From: a virus
Length of the DNA stretch: 64,000 nucleotides
Direction: 5' to 3' (one strand)
IMG/VR virus record: IMGVR_UViG_3300028588_000016
Location: 119,313 to 183,312 of that record
In this document: one piece after another, positions 39,068-48,605 of the stretch
Layout of the letters: each line of letters starts with the position of its first letter
Position numbering within the stretch: position 1 is the first letter of the stretch
The notes under the pieces: generated by a model
The model's input: the letters and a program-made list of their open reading frames with translations, nothing else
Told to the model about the DNA's origin: nothing
Databases searched by the model: none
Position numbers and translations under genes: made by a program

Positions 39068-39463
39068 ATGATTATAAATAAAGACGTCGACTCATACAGT
39101 AATGTTACATATCACTTCTATATTCATAATGGATGTGTAGTGTATGTTCATAATTACAAAACCCTTTACGTATTCAAAGACGTATCTCCTAAGAGAGTAA
39201 CCAGATCTAATCGTTGGAACAGTGTTAAAATGCCTGGCTTTAAGAAGATGAAGACTGTATACGTATCTAATGAACAACTTAAAGATCCTACGTTTTTACC
39301 TAATCTTTGGGCTGCTGAAACTATACGTAATATAGTATTCGGTGGTAAATTAGGTACTAAATATACTATGGACTGTATCGGATGGGGTGCTTCTAACGTT
39401 AGTTATTTTGGCGCAATGAGTTCTTCAAATAAACCTGGGTTTAAGATGCGAATTAATAAATAA
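39068..39463 (+). CDS. Hypothetical protein
   Basis: 131 aa ORF ending 2 nt before the tmRNA. Confidence 0.6.
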   Translation: MIINKDVDSYSNVTYHFYIHNGCVVYVHNYKTLYVFKDVSPKRVTRSNRWNSVKMPGFKKMKTVYVSNEQLKDPTFLPNLWAAETIRNIVFGGKLGTKYTMDCIGWGASNVSYFGAMSSSNKPGFKMRINK

Positions 39464-39465
39464 AA

Positions 39466-39821
39466 GGGCGCGTTCTTGGTACTTGAGCGGGTAAGAACTA
39501 AAAGAGAAGCATGTAGTGCGTTGTTTGTGTGCACTTAAAAGAAGCATTCACATTTTTAACTGGCACTCCGGTGTACAGAATGGCTGCCTAGTCTCTAGGA
39601 GACGTAGTCATTCGCCCAGAAATGGGTTCGCGATCCATGACACTTGGGATCACATACTCGTGTTTAGACTTTGGCTGCAGTTGTGAGACATCTGAACTGC
39701 AGATAGTTGTCTGTTTACAACAGAATAGGCCGTTCCTTATAGCCAATAAATGTAGGATAAACATGTAATGAAGGCTTTTACTATTTACAACGTGACGAGG
39801 GTTCGACTCCCTCCGCGTCCA
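39466..39821 (+). ncRNA. ssrA: tmRNA (transfer-messenger RNA), tag (A)GTPVYRMAA* at 39562-39591
   Basis: Acceptor GGGCGCG/CGCGTCC-A with G3:U70; T-arm GAGGG-TTCGACT-CCCTC; AAGCATGTAG segment; TTTTAACT before the resume codon GGC; tag ends ...MAA-TAG; 356 nt. Confidence 0.92.
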
Positions 39822-39858
39822 CTATGCACATGGTGTGCATCAATTAAATTAAATTACG

Positions 39859-40242
39859 ATGTTAAACGACAACAAACAACAACAATCGGTAATCCTTAAA
39901 GGCATTGCACAACAATTATTAACTATGCAAATGCCTACTTTTGACGAAGCAAACAAATTATTAGCTAGCTTCAGTGTCCGTTTAGTAACAGAAGAAGAAG
40001 AACATAGACAATCTATTATTGCCGCATTAGCCGCAAATGAGAAGACTGTGTATTTTTGTTACGAATGTGAAGGCCCTAACAAAGAAACTTTACGTTATAA
40101 AGTAGCTTTATCTTGGGAAAAGAGAAATCCAGAAACAATGGATCGCTTAGTCGCTTTAGAAAGTGTTAAAAGGTCTGCTTTTACAACAACTAGTAAATCT
40201 GACGCTGAACATTTCATCAATAATCACATTATGCCTAGATAG
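39859..40242 (+). CDS. Hypothetical protein
   Basis: 127 aa ORF. Confidence 0.6.
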   Translation: MLNDNKQQQSVILKGIAQQLLTMQMPTFDEANKLLASFSVRLVTEEEEHRQSIIAALAANEKTVYFCYECEGPNKETLRYKVALSWEKRNPETMDRLVALESVKRSAFTTTSKSDAEHFINNHIMPR

Positions 40243-40688
40243 TATGTCAAAGAACTCAATGGAAAGACACAACAAAGGTAGAGTGAACGGTGCTGATAGT
40301 TTCTTAGCAGACATCAGTAAAGCCGAAGCACTTACCTTAGCTGAGAAACACGGTTATGACGTAATGTTAAAATGTGTACCTAGAAGAATCAAACGAGAAG
40401 TAGCTAGGAATAAAGCAAAGAAACAAAGAAACGAGCCTCTGTAGTTAACTGGCTAGTGTATCCTGCACGATAGAGAAATGATGTGACAATCATAAGGAGC
40501 ATGTAAGTTAGTTCAACTTACTCAGTCGGACAACAGTCTGTGAGTGTACTGAAGGCAGTGGTCTAAACACCTTAAATCCCTAACTTTCGAGGACAGCGTT
40601 AATCCATTATTCTAGTCAACGACGCCTTTAACGAGGTTTATAGTCAGGCAATACGGTAAATGGTAGTTGGGATTTTAAATAACAAAAC

Positions 40689-40771
40689 GCGTCTGTGGCC
40701 GAGCGGTCGAAGGCAAAGGCTTCCAAACCCTTTAACGAAAGTTCACCAAGGTTCGAATCCTTGCGGGCGTG
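40689..40771 (+). tRNA. tRNA-Trp(CCA) with atypical long variable arm
   Basis: AAGGC-TTCCAAA-CCCTT; 14-nt variable region TAACGAAAGTTCAC; class-II-like D arm GCC/GGC; G73. Confidence 0.8.
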
Positions 40772-40791
40772 CAAAATTAAAAACAAATACC

Positions 40792-41169
40792 ATGAAAAGA
40801 TCATTATTATTAATCGCAGTAGCAATTCTCCTATTCGGATCGAGTTGTAAGAAGACAGAAAACAACTACTATGGTGATAAAGCCAAAGAAGAGATTCCCG
40901 CATCAGTTAAACCACAAGTTGGTGAAAAACTATTGACAACTAAAGCTGAAATAGAAGCACTTAACGGTTGGTATGTTGTTGATGCATATGTTTACGACGT
41001 TAATAACACGAGAGTGTGGAAACTAAAAAGTGGTGACAATGTTGTAATGGTTTTAAAAGCTCCATTAGAATTATTTTGGAATCCACGTTATGCTAAAGAC
41101 TATAAAGGTGCTGATAAAGGTACGTTTACTGGTAAAGAAGCTTACGATTTCGCAACAAGAACAAACTAA
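40792..41169 (+). CDS. Predicted lipoprotein
   Basis: True start likely ATG 40792: MKRSLLLIAVAILLFGSSC lipobox. Confidence 0.65.
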   Translation: MKRSLLLIAVAILLFGSSCKKTENNYYGDKAKEEIPASVKPQVGEKLLTTKAEIEALNGWYVVDAYVYDVNNTRVWKLKSGDNVVMVLKAPLELFWNPRYAKDYKGADKGTFTGKEAYDFATRTN

Positions 41170-41170
41170 A

Positions 41171-41215
41171 CTCAAGTAGTGGCTAGTTGGCAGGTTCGAT
41201 TCCTGCCACTTGGGC
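41171..41215 (+). ncRNA. Minimal tRNA mimic (acceptor stem + T-arm only)
   Basis: CTCAAGT / 11-nt linker AGTGGCTAGTT / GGCAGG-TTCGATT-CCTGCC / ACTTGGG-C. Confidence 0.6.
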
Positions 41216-41544
41216 AAAATTAAACCAATTATGACAACTCTAGATTTACTAAAAAGGCTTTACAAAGCAAAAAGAGCTTATGAAATAAGCTTATGGTGGT
41301 GTAACTACACTCCTATTGGATTTATAGTTAGAATGATAATGAGAACCGATAGAGGTTTATGTATGCATTTCGAAAGACTAGGTAAGCGTCATGAAGTAAT
41401 GCCTTATCTTGGTAGATTCTGTCCTTTTGGTAGATTTGCTGGTTTTTGGTTTACTACTACTGGAAAGAAAGCTGTAACAGACAGACTCAATCTAATAGAA
41501 GAAGCGATCACTTATTACGAAAGTCAGAGATTAAACAACGAAAT

Positions 41545-42660
41545 ATGATCTTTAAACAATTAGCAAAGCGTTATGCTGACAAGAAGGAACATAAGCAACT
41601 TCTTAAGTTAGTAATTGAAATGACTCAGCATTTAGAAGCTGATGAACTATCTGCCGATATTATCGGTAAACTTAATGGAATGGCTGAACGTGAGAAGATC
41701 ATGGATGAGCATAAAATTAAGTATGAGTTGAAAGTAAGAGAAATGATTTTCATATGGAACTCACAAAGAATCGATGAAGTGAATCTTGAGAGTATTATAA
41801 TAGATTATCCTACTTTAGAGGATGATGTATTTAAGATATGCTTTCTCATCAAACTCAGAAACGGTTCTCAAACTGTTTATCGTACTGAAAATGCAGGTAC
41901 TTTAGAAGGTTGTTACAAACTATTATACTATAGTTTAGTACATAGAGGTATAGGTGAACTAATATTCATTTACAAAGAAGCTGAAATTAGGAGATACCGG
42001 GAAGAACAAAAGTTTAAAGAGTTAGAAGAAGAACGAGCTAAGAAAGCTGAAAGACTTGCTAAAACTCTAATACGTGAGGAGAAATTCAAAGAGGAAGAGA
42101 AAGTTAGATTAAAGATGTTAAGCTATGCTGGTTTAGCTGTGTATAACCCACAAGCTTTTGCCACTGTTCAACAACCTGTACCTGTTAGTAAAGATTTATA
42201 CGTTATGAGTCAAAATCTATTCGTTAAATACTTCTTCAACAAGAATAAGAATCAAATCTATCATTACTTCTTATCTAATGAAAGAGACTTTGATGAAGTT
42301 CTCTATTACAACAAACGTGATCCTAGAATAACATTAGAAGAGTATATAAGACATCGTAATTATTTTCTTAAAACGCAAGCTAAAGATTACGATATCTATT
42401 ACCACAAAGACGGTACCTTCGATGAAGAAGCCATTAAGCGACAAAAAGAACTTAATAAAGCTAAAAAGAGGAAAGCGAGTCAAGAGCATTTTGAAAAACT
42501 TAAGTCTGGTGTGAGAGGACTTTCTTTTGATCATTATGTTCATCGGGGCCAAAGAACTCCTCCTGGTGAATTAGCCAGTCAGTTAACTAGCACTAGAGCA
42601 GATGATCCTTTGTTCGGTGGATATACTGATCTGGCTTCTGACATATACGACGATTTATAA
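41545..42660 (+). CDS. Hypothetical protein with central coiled coil
   Basis: Likely start ATG 41545 (MIFKQLAK), overlapping the stop of the upstream ORF 41229-41548. Confidence 0.65.
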   Translation: MIFKQLAKRYADKKEHKQLLKLVIEMTQHLEADELSADIIGKLNGMAEREKIMDEHKIKYELKVREMIFIWNSQRIDEVNLESIIIDYPTLEDDVFKICFLIKLRNGSQTVYRTENAGTLEGCYKLLYYSLVHRGIGELIFIYKEAEIRRYREEQKFKELEEERAKKAERLAKTLIREEKFKEEEKVRLKMLSYAGLAVYNPQAFATVQQPVPVSKDLYVMSQNLFVKYFFNKNKNQIYHYFLSNERDFDEVLYYNKRDPRITLEEYIRHRNYFLKTQAKDYDIYYHKDGTFDEEAIKRQKELNKAKKRKASQEHFEKLKSGVRGLSFDHYVHRGQRTPPGELASQLTSTRADDPLFGGYTDLASDIYDDL

Positions 42661-42679
42661 ACCATTAACAACTTAAACA

Positions 42680-43285
42680 ATGAATATCCCATTTCAATCC
42701 GTCCTAACTAACATCAAGGACATAAAAGAAAGAAATAAAGCGTTTGATGAGCTATCAGACGAAGACAAGCGTAAGGAAATCGCATTTGATTCACTAGGAT
42801 TGATTCTAGTTGAAGAGAGTATGCAAGCTAAAGGAGGTGACTATTGGGGAACTTTAGAAGGAGCAGTCAAACAAACTGAAACTAGTGAAGAATTACAAAA
42901 CTTTTTATTAACGGCTCCAAAGTGTGAAGTATGCGCTAGAGGTGCAATAATGATGAGTCAAATTAGACTTGGAAACAGCATAGGTCTAAAAAATAACTAT
43001 TATTACGATATTGAAAAAGGTGCGAATCAAAGACTTCTTAAAGGTTTTACTGTCGACACCATGGATAACATGGAACAAGAGTTTGAAGGTTGGGTTAAGG
43101 CAGAGCCTGGAAACCCTTGGGGAGACAGAGTTCAAATAAAAGACTACGAAAGTGGTTGTAGACAGCCTTATGCTTCTGGTAGCAACGAAAAGCTTGTAAA
43201 CATTCTTTGCAACATAATAACTAATGGTGACTTTGTTCCAGAAGACGACACCGATTATTTAACTAAATACTCAATTGAACTGTAA
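42680..43285 (+). CDS. Hypothetical protein, paralog 1 (CEVCARGA family)
   Basis: Shares DIKERNKAF..LSDEDKRKEI.FDSL, CEVCARGA and LVNILCN..TNGDF with the next ORF. Confidence 0.75.
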   Translation: MNIPFQSVLTNIKDIKERNKAFDELSDEDKRKEIAFDSLGLILVEESMQAKGGDYWGTLEGAVKQTETSEELQNFLLTAPKCEVCARGAIMMSQIRLGNSIGLKNNYYYDIEKGANQRLLKGFTVDTMDNMEQEFEGWVKAEPGNPWGDRVQIKDYESGCRQPYASGSNEKLVNILCNIITNGDFVPEDDTDYLTKYSIEL

Positions 43286-44004
43286 TGCAGAACATTTTAT
43301 ACAAATCAAAACTCGATATCAAAGATATCAAAGAACGTAACAAAGCTTTCGAGGCTTTATCTGATGAAGATAAGAGAAAAGAAATAGTTTTTGATTCTCT
43401 TAAGCTTATCTTAGAAGAACGTAAGCTAAGGGCTACGGAAAGTGCTACAGGGTACTGGAATTTCGGTGCGAGTAGTCTAGTAGAGAATTATAACTCATCT
43501 GAACAATTACAAAACGCCCTATTGAACTTAAATATTCCTAATTGCGAGGTATGTGCGAGAGGAGCTGTTATGTTATCTCAGATTAGATTAGGTAATAGTC
43601 TCTGTGCTAACGACAATGGAATCACTGACGGTGAAAGTGGTGCAGTGAGAGGTTTTAATATGCTTTCTATGCGCCTTATGGAACTCGTATATGAAGTTTA
43701 TGACGACAGTTTAGCTGATGTTTTACTTTGGGACAATGATTTTGATGAATCAGAAATTAAACCATTAGTGATGCGTATCCTTAACTTAACAGAAGACGAA
43801 TATGCAGAAAAAGATTTTGAAGATATGGCAGGTGACTTACAGGATTTTGTTGATGAAAATTACGACGAACTGTTTCGTTATGCAGGTGATGAAACTCCTA
43901 GTCTAGTAAACATTCTTTGTAATGTTCTAACCAATGGTGATTTCGATATCCTCGACTTCACAGATTACGTTAAAAAATACGAACTTCAAATAGATCCAGA
44001 GTAA
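43285..44004 (+). CDS. Hypothetical protein, paralog 2 (CEVCARGA family)
   Basis: Tandem duplicate of the upstream ORF. Confidence 0.75.
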   Translation: MQNILYKSKLDIKDIKERNKAFEALSDEDKRKEIVFDSLKLILEERKLRATESATGYWNFGASSLVENYNSSEQLQNALLNLNIPNCEVCARGAVMLSQIRLGNSLCANDNGITDGESGAVRGFNMLSMRLMELVYEVYDDSLADVLLWDNDFDESEIKPLVMRILNLTEDEYAEKDFEDMAGDLQDFVDENYDELFRYAGDETPSLVNILCNVLTNGDFDILDFTDYVKKYELQIDPE

Positions 44005-44193
44005 TTATGATATTTATCTTCTTTATGTTATTTATTACCGCAGTCTTTTGGGGAACCATGATATTCGGTAAAAAGAACTTCGAGAAGGTACTTCTCGTGA
44101 TGTTCATAATCTTTGCAGTAATAACTGCTATACAATATATTTAGTCTTAGTTGCACATAAAGACTTAAACCTATATCACGGTGGTGTGCAACC

Positions 44194-46221
44194 GTGTCAG
44201 ATAAACAAATGTTTAATAAAGTAAAGAAAGCTTTAGAAGCACAGTTCGACAAAATGGTTGCCTTAGGTACGCCATTATTGTACAAAAATCTCGATAGAGA
44301 TCAGGTGTTTAACACCTATTTATTGAGCTTCCCTACTGAAGAACAACAACCACATAACTGTAACTGTTGTAAATCATTCTTAAGACAATGGGCAGGTTTA
44401 GTAACAATAGATCGTAACTTAAAAGTTCATTCTATTTGGGATTTTGACGTAATGGAAGTTAGCGAGGAATATCGTAATTCAATCACAGCATTGAAGAACT
44501 ATATTGCTAGTTTAGCCATTACAGACAAGTTCTTTAACTCTTTCAAAGGTTTAGGAACTAACAAAAACTTTGATACAATTAAGAATGTTGAGTGGACTCA
44601 CTTTCATTTACAATTGCCTTCATCTTTTCAGTTAACTCCTAACGATAGAATTGACACATTGAAATCTGATTTCAGATCTACACGTCAAGTCACTCGTCGT
44701 TCATTAGAAGAGTTAACTCTTGAGAGTGCTGAAACGATTCTTGATTTAATCAATCAGGGTTCTCTTTACAAAGGCCCAGAATATAAAGCACAAGTAAGTG
44801 CATTTGTTACTGCTAAACGTAAGTTTGATACATTGAATGATGTTGATAAACAAGCTTATGTTTGGTCATTAGAAGGTAACGCTTGTGCAATTCGTAATAC
44901 AGCTGTTGGTACAATCCTTGAAGATTTATCTTTAGGTATTGATTTAGATGACGCTGTACGCAAATACGAGGTTAAAGTAGCCGGTGCTAACTATAAGCGT
45001 ACTACTGCATTAGCCGGTCCTAAACAAATAGCAGCGTCTAAAAAGTTGTTAGAAGATTTAGGTTTAACGTCTGCTCTTGAGCGTAGATTCGCTAACGAAG
45101 CTGATCTTAACATTAACGACATACTGTATACAGATAAAACTGTTGCGGTTAACGATGTGTTTGGTCAGTTAAGCAAAGAAGCTTCTGACAAAGTTGATCT
45201 TAAAAGCTTCAGTAAATTAGAAGAAGTAACTGCTGAAGACTTTATCAATAAAATCCTTCCTACTGCTAAGCAATTAGAAGTATTTGTTGAGAACAGCCAC
45301 ATGGGTAACTTCGCTAGTTTAGTAACAGCAGTGCATGAAGACGCTAAGCCTTTATTCAAATGGGCTAATCCTTTCTCGTGGGCATATGCCGGTGGTATTG
45401 CTGATTCAATGAAAGAACGGGTTAAAGATGCTGGTGGTAACGTTGATGGTATTCTTCGTTTCTCTATCATGTGGAATGATGAAGAGACTAAATATCCTAG
45501 AGATATGGATGCTCACGCTATTGAACCGAATCATACTCATATTTCTTATATGTCTTACAGAGGTAAAGGTTACGACAACAAACGTAGTCAGACTACAATG
45601 ACCGGTAACCTAGATGTAGATATGACAGGTGGTCCTAATCCAATGGTTGAGAACATTACTTGGTTAGATAAATCTAAGATGCAAGACGGTGTATATGAAC
45701 TGTTTGTTAACAATTATAGCGGTGCTCCTTGTAACGGTATTAAAGCACAAGTAGAGATGGAAGGTGAACTTCATGAGTTCCACTATAAGAAATCTTTTAC
45801 TGGTAATTTAGCTGTTGCAAAAGTAACTCTTAAACAAGGGGTATTCACAATTAACTCTGCATTGCCATCTGAAACTAAATTAATGGTTAAAGAACAATGG
45901 GGAATTAAAACCAATGGCTTCACCAAAGTTAAATCTGTTATGCTATCTCCTAACTTCTGGAGAGAGAATACAGGTAACAAACATTATATGTTCTTCTTAG
46001 AAGACTGTATTAACCCAGAACCAACGAGACCGTTCTTTAACGAGTTCTTACGTCCTGAGTTATACGAACAACGTAAAGCGTTTGAAATGATTGCAGGTAA
46101 GTTACTTATTCCGCATTCGGATAACCAATTGAGTGGCGTAAGCTTCTCAGAAACACAAAGAAATCATTTAATCATCAGAGTTACTTCGACTTTCGCAAGA
46201 ACTCTTAAAATCAAATTTTAA
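44194..46221 (+). CDS. Large conserved phage protein with a YfaP/DUF2135- or TerD-like beta domain
   Basis: 675 aa. HNCNCCKSF near the N-terminus; LRFSIMWN...DMDAH..EP...LDVD...VENITW...DGVYELFVNNY. Start may be downstream of the GTG/ATG called. Confidence 0.6.
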   Translation: MSDKQMFNKVKKALEAQFDKMVALGTPLLYKNLDRDQVFNTYLLSFPTEEQQPHNCNCCKSFLRQWAGLVTIDRNLKVHSIWDFDVMEVSEEYRNSITALKNYIASLAITDKFFNSFKGLGTNKNFDTIKNVEWTHFHLQLPSSFQLTPNDRIDTLKSDFRSTRQVTRRSLEELTLESAETILDLINQGSLYKGPEYKAQVSAFVTAKRKFDTLNDVDKQAYVWSLEGNACAIRNTAVGTILEDLSLGIDLDDAVRKYEVKVAGANYKRTTALAGPKQIAASKKLLEDLGLTSALERRFANEADLNINDILYTDKTVAVNDVFGQLSKEASDKVDLKSFSKLEEVTAEDFINKILPTAKQLEVFVENSHMGNFASLVTAVHEDAKPLFKWANPFSWAYAGGIADSMKERVKDAGGNVDGILRFSIMWNDEETKYPRDMDAHAIEPNHTHISYMSYRGKGYDNKRSQTTMTGNLDVDMTGGPNPMVENITWLDKSKMQDGVYELFVNNYSGAPCNGIKAQVEMEGELHEFHYKKSFTGNLAVAKVTLKQGVFTINSALPSETKLMVKEQWGIKTNGFTKVKSVMLSPNFWRENTGNKHYMFFLEDCINPEPTRPFFNEFLRPELYEQRKAFEMIAGKLLIPHSDNQLSGVSFSETQRNHLIIRVTSTFARTLKIKF

Positions 46222-46616
46222 TGGAAAATCAATTCATTGCCGCATCACGTTTAAAACTACGTTTCGAAGCAGGTAAAGGTTTAGTAACAGCAGAAGAACT
46301 TTGGGCATTGCCGTTAACTAAAATTAACGAAATGGCTGTTGCTGTAAATAAAGTAGTAACTAGTAGCACTGAAAGCTTCTTAGATGAAGATACAGTTAAA
46401 AATAGTAAAGAAGCTAAAGAAGCTAACTTAAAGTTAGACATCTTAAAGTATATCATTACTACTCGCCAAGCTGAAACTAAAGCCAAAACACAAGCCGCTG
46501 AACGTAGTCAAGAAGCTGCTACTCTTAAGAACTTATTAGCAACTAAGAAATTAGAAGCTTTAGGTAATCTTTCGGAAGCAGAGCTTGAGAAACGTATTGC
46601 TGACTTAGGCGTTTAA
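46221..46616 (+). CDS. Conserved coiled-coil partner of the 675-aa protein
   Basis: F..ASRLKLRF...KG.VTAEELWALPL; translationally coupled (TAATG). Confidence 0.7.
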   Translation: MENQFIAASRLKLRFEAGKGLVTAEELWALPLTKINEMAVAVNKVVTSSTESFLDEDTVKNSKEAKEANLKLDILKYIITTRQAETKAKTQAAERSQEAATLKNLLATKKLEALGNLSEAELEKRIADLGV

Positions 46617-46637
46617 AAATACAACTAACTAAAATGT

Positions 46638-46665
46638 AGGACTATCTGTAATGGATAGTCCTTTT
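46638..46665 (+). terminator. Terminator-like hairpin
   Basis: AGGACTATC-TGTAATG-GATAGTCCT-TTT. Confidence 0.7.
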
Positions 46666-46678
46666 AAACTTACACAAA

Positions 46679-46993
46679 TTGATAAAAGAAATATTTGAAG
46701 TTGCGGCAAGAGTAAAACGTCGTTCAACCGTTAACGTAGGTCTTAAGTTGATGGAAGAAGCAGGTGAACTTGCTAAAGAAATCAATATTCTAGATGGTTA
46801 TATTAATAAACCAGAAGGAGTAGACGGCGTATTGGGAGAAGCGATTGATTTAATAATCACAGCAGGCGACGTAATTTGGAATACTTATGGTAAGTCTATT
46901 TCAGAAGAGACAATCATGGCTAAGTTAGCTGAGAAACTTAAGAAATGGGAAGATATCAACAGTAAACTACCAGAACACGTAACGTTCAATTAA
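46679..46993 (+). CDS. MazG-like nucleotide pyrophosphohydrolase
   Basis: KLMEEAGELAKEI...LGEAIDLII (EExxE...ExxD). Confidence 0.8.
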   Translation: MIKEIFEVAARVKRRSTVNVGLKLMEEAGELAKEINILDGYINKPEGVDGVLGEAIDLIITAGDVIWNTYGKSISEETIMAKLAEKLKKWEDINSKLPEHVTFN

Positions 46994-47003
46994 AGATACA
47001 ATC

Positions 47004-47702
47004 ATGAAGAAAATTGATGAACAGTACGAAAACTACATGCTATTTGCAAAGAAAGTTTTCGAGACAGCCCGGGGTGGAGTAGAAGTACTCATTCCAAGAC
47101 CTTTAGTACTCGATTTTAAGCTTGATAAAATCACACCTCAAGCTATGGTGAAAGCCGGTGTTGTTAAAGACACAGGTAGAAGAGATGGAATTAAAGGTAA
47201 ACTTTATACTTGGGATAAAAGAGAGGGTGAACCCGATCTTGATACAGGTAGAAGAATTTACAAAACAATTCAATCTCTTAAAGGTATTACTCCTAAGAAG
47301 GAGCAGAAAGGTACAACTGAACATGATGTTGTTAAAGAATCTAAGAAAGTGAAAAATATAATAATAGACTCACCTCCTACTCTTAAAGCAATAGAACAGA
47401 TTCGCAATGGACAGTTTGATTATGAGAATGAAGGTACCTTAGCTTTCAAGAAAGCCTCTAAATTCTGGACACCTAAACATCTTAGTATAATCGGTGGATT
47501 ACCGTTAACAATGCCCGTTACAGTTAAAGACATAAAGATTCACGGGGGTGATAATATGCGATTCGTATGTAAAGAGGGTGTTGATGACGTAATTATACGG
47601 ATTAGACAAGAAGATACTCTTATTGCCGAGTTCAATATGCCTGGTGGTATAGATATCGAACACGTCGATGATGGTGTTGATGTGTATCTCAAAATAAGTT
47701 AA
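47004..47702 (+). CDS. Hypothetical protein
   Basis: 232 aa ORF. Confidence 0.65.
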   Translation: MKKIDEQYENYMLFAKKVFETARGGVEVLIPRPLVLDFKLDKITPQAMVKAGVVKDTGRRDGIKGKLYTWDKREGEPDLDTGRRIYKTIQSLKGITPKKEQKGTTEHDVVKESKKVKNIIIDSPPTLKAIEQIRNGQFDYENEGTLAFKKASKFWTPKHLSIIGGLPLTMPVTVKDIKIHGGDNMRFVCKEGVDDVIIRIRQEDTLIAEFNMPGGIDIEHVDDGVDVYLKIS

Positions 47703-47704
47703 CA

Positions 47705-48088
47705 ATGAACAAAGGAATTGCAATAGTAATTAGAAATCTACAAGGTAGAATTCTGTTAGTGAAAGATATTGATGGTAAATGGACAATCCCTTATCAAACC
47801 AACATCACAACTAATGTTCACTCTAGACTTTACGATTTAGTTAAATTTATGGCTGATATTAAATTGAAGTCTTTTTCTAAATGTAATGACTACCTGTGTG
47901 ACGAGGAAACTGTCTATACAGTTTATTCTACTATTGTTGATGAATCTGTAGGTAGTTTTATAGAACACGTCTGGATAGACGAGTTTAATATTCCTGACAA
48001 TGTCGGTGAATTAACTAAATATCAACTTCGTAAGGAGTTAGTATTTAACGCAATGAACATTGAAGAACGTGATAAAGTATGGAGTTAG
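47705..48088 (+). CDS. Degenerate NUDIX-fold protein
   Basis: IAIVIRN.QGRILLVK...GKWTIP N-terminus typical of NUDIX, but no intact GX5EX7REUXEEXGU box. Confidence 0.45.
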   Translation: MNKGIAIVIRNLQGRILLVKDIDGKWTIPYQTNITTNVHSRLYDLVKFMADIKLKSFSKCNDYLCDEETVYTVYSTIVDESVGSFIEHVWIDEFNIPDNVGELTKYQLRKELVFNAMNIEERDKVWS

Positions 48089-48215
48089 TTCTTAATACAA
48101 CCATCATAACTTTAATAACGATAGCTATAGTCGTAAGGATTATAGTTATCGTTAAAATAATGAAGGACGAGTATCCTTTAGAAGATTAAATAGAAACAAA
48201 CTAAAACAAACATAA

Positions 48216-48605
48216 ATGAGTACTGTAGACAATACAACTACTGATGTAGCAATCGTAGGCCTATTTGATGAGAGCTTACAACGTAACAATAAAAGCATAA
48301 AAGCAGCTCGTATGAGCGCTATTGGTACGCAAGCTGAAACTTCTTATCGTCGTTTAATCGAAGATAAGATAACCGAGTATGATAACTTAGTTTTCGCAAG
48401 AAATGAAGCTTTGGATTTAAGTCCAGACGACACAACTTCGTTGAAGAAACCAGAGAACTTCGATGCAAATAGTTTTGCGCTTGAAGATTCTAAAACTAGT
48501 AAAGCTTTACACAATTTAAGCATTGCTATCAAGTTAGATATCGCAAGATATAACAGTTTATTCGGTTCACGTGCTAAAGCGTTAGAATTTAATGGGTTAC
48601 AGTAG
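48216..48605 (+). CDS. Helical hypothetical protein coupled to the vWA gene
   Basis: 129 aa, overlaps the vWA start. Confidence 0.65.
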   Translation: MSTVDNTTTDVAIVGLFDESLQRNNKSIKAARMSAIGTQAETSYRRLIEDKITEYDNLVFARNEALDLSPDDTTSLKKPENFDANSFALEDSKTSKALHNLSIAIKLDIARYNSLFGSRAKALEFNGLQ

